Source: Neoconidiobolus thromboides FSU 785
Lineage: Eukaryota > Fungi > Entomophthoromycota
Reading direction: 5' to 3'
DNA length: 64,000 bases
Assembly: GCA_025603075.1 (NCBI GenBank)
Contig: MU626262.1
Span: 1-64,000, forward strand
The position numbers were made by a program, and so were the translations under genes. A model generated the notes under the pieces. It worked only from the letters and a program-made list of their open reading frames with translations, did not search any database and was not told the origin of the DNA. Shown here in pieces: positions 62,816 to 64,000 of the stretch. The first letter of the stretch is position 1. Every line of letters begins with the position of its first letter.

Positions 62816-63520
62816 TTATAAAAATAAATTATATATTAAGGAAACAGAAGGAAACAAGACCATTTTTCCATCAACTATGAAATTAATATGGGGGTATTTG
62901 TTTGATTTCATTACTTTTTCCATTTTTTAAGCGCTATTTAGGTGGAAAAACTTGCTAGTAAATTCTTAAACAAAAAAGTACATACTTATATTGTTTACAG
63001 AAGAGGTGCTTGGATTTCGTTTATTTAAGCTTAACTCATTTGGATTTGACTCACTTTCATCAAGTTTACTTTCGAATTGGTAGCCACTTTCTTTGAAAAT
63101 TTTACAATAGGACTCATTACAAGTATTATAATAGGATTTATTGAGATTGTATTGATTGATATCACAAGAGATTGGGTTATCTCTAAAACAGAAATACTTA
63201 TTATTGCGTCTGAATTGTTCATTTAAGTTGTGTTTAAAATCTTTTTTGAAATCATCAGCTGATAGATCAATATTGTATTCTTTTGGATTACTTTCATTTG
63301 GTCTACTTTTATAACGTTTATTATTTCCTTTAAACACTTTACAATAAGACTCATTACAAATAGAATAAAAAAAATTTTCAAGGTTGTTAGTGACTATATC
63401 GTTGGTTATTGAACAGTCATCAAAACATCAATAGCTATCTATACCATTAACATTTGACGATATAATATAAGGACTAGTCAAATAGAAACTAGTAGTTATT
63501 AGATTCAGGACTGCTTTTAT
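62816..63520 (-). pseudogene. Cys-repeat GPI protein copy B, disabled and interrupted by MITE M16
   Basis: Start is ATA (63520), TGA in DSY*CFDD, and the GPI tail is split by the element; the tail resumes at 62885 and ends TAA at 62816. Confidence 0.85.
62886..62991 (+). mobile_element. MITE-like element, copy M16 (inserted in coding sequence)
   Basis: ATATGGGGGTAT...GTACATACTTATAT flanked on both sides by coding sequence of copy B. Confidence 0.92.
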
Positions 63521-63663
63521 TTTTGACCAATATTGTGCTATCTACTATTTCACCTTTATTAGAACTTTAGTAAACTTGATTTTATAGAGTTATTATTATA
63601 TGAAATCAATATAATCATAATTTTTAAAATTCTAGAAAGCTCAAAGAGACTCTAGAAACAACT

Positions 63664-63688
63664 GAAACTAAAAAAAACATCCTCATTT
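63664..63688 (-). mobile_element. MITE terminal fragment M17
   Basis: GAAACTAAAAAAAACATCCTCATT matches one element end; the core is absent. Confidence 0.45.
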
Positions 63689-64000
63689 ATAGAACAAGCT
63701 ATCATTCGAATACAGTGTTGGCAATTTTTCTACTTATTCTTGCTTCGAAAAATCCTGTACTTCAACTTATAACCTAATAGTATAATTGTTAAACTATTTA
63801 ACTTGATGTGATAATTAGGATGACACCTATTCCTCGACAAACACGTGTAATTAAATGGGCTAATTTATACTACCTATAGTGAATATTATGAATACCCACT
63901 TTTTTGAAGTTAATAAATTCTTTTACTTGAGTCATGTATTATAACTATCCAATTTATATTTTATTATACTTGACCTCAAATTAGCTCCTTTGTTAATACC

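Noticed and set aside
3993-63688. Dispersed palindromic repeats as a possible CRISPR-like or REP array
   Set aside because: Irregular spacing, both orientations, ~105-bp length, eukaryotic context and no cas genes; an insertion with a duplicated target explains them.

Overview
Very AT-rich eukaryotic DNA (roughly 20-25% GC by eye) from a fungus with many short (~45-60 nt) GT-AG introns. An early-diverging, Conidiobolus-like Zoopagomycota genome is my inference, not a database result. Conserved genes read across introns: VPS23, SEC61, an aldo-keto reductase, ATG27, IST3/RBMX2, a LEA_2 membrane protein, a sepiapterin-reductase-like SDR, IMP2, OPI3, RRP8, ARV1, NAA25, a TRIM37 orthologue, casein kinase I, an SLC33A1-type acetyl-CoA transporter, a DUF4112 protein, ERG6, mitochondrial EF-G1 and a complex I 17.8 kDa-type subunit, plus two identical tRNA-Ser(UGA) genes. 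The accessory layer has four parts. (1) A ~105-bp fold-back MITE-like element with ATAT-GGGG...CCCC-ATAT ends, in 17 copies or fragments. One copy is demonstrably an insertion, because removing it restores a GPI-signal reading frame colinear with a paralogue, and its two CpGs decay almost only to TG/CA/TA. (2) Six members of an intronless F-box/LRR family, three of them pseudogenes. (3) Three damaged members of a Cys-repeat GPI-protein family with a 172-bp identical tract. (4) Two intronless secreted proteins: a SUN/GH132-like protein and a Thr-rich protein with four 6-Cys repeats. No CRISPR, rRNA or intact transposase was seen. Exon boundaries were assembled by eye; CDS coordinates are start-to-stop spans including introns.
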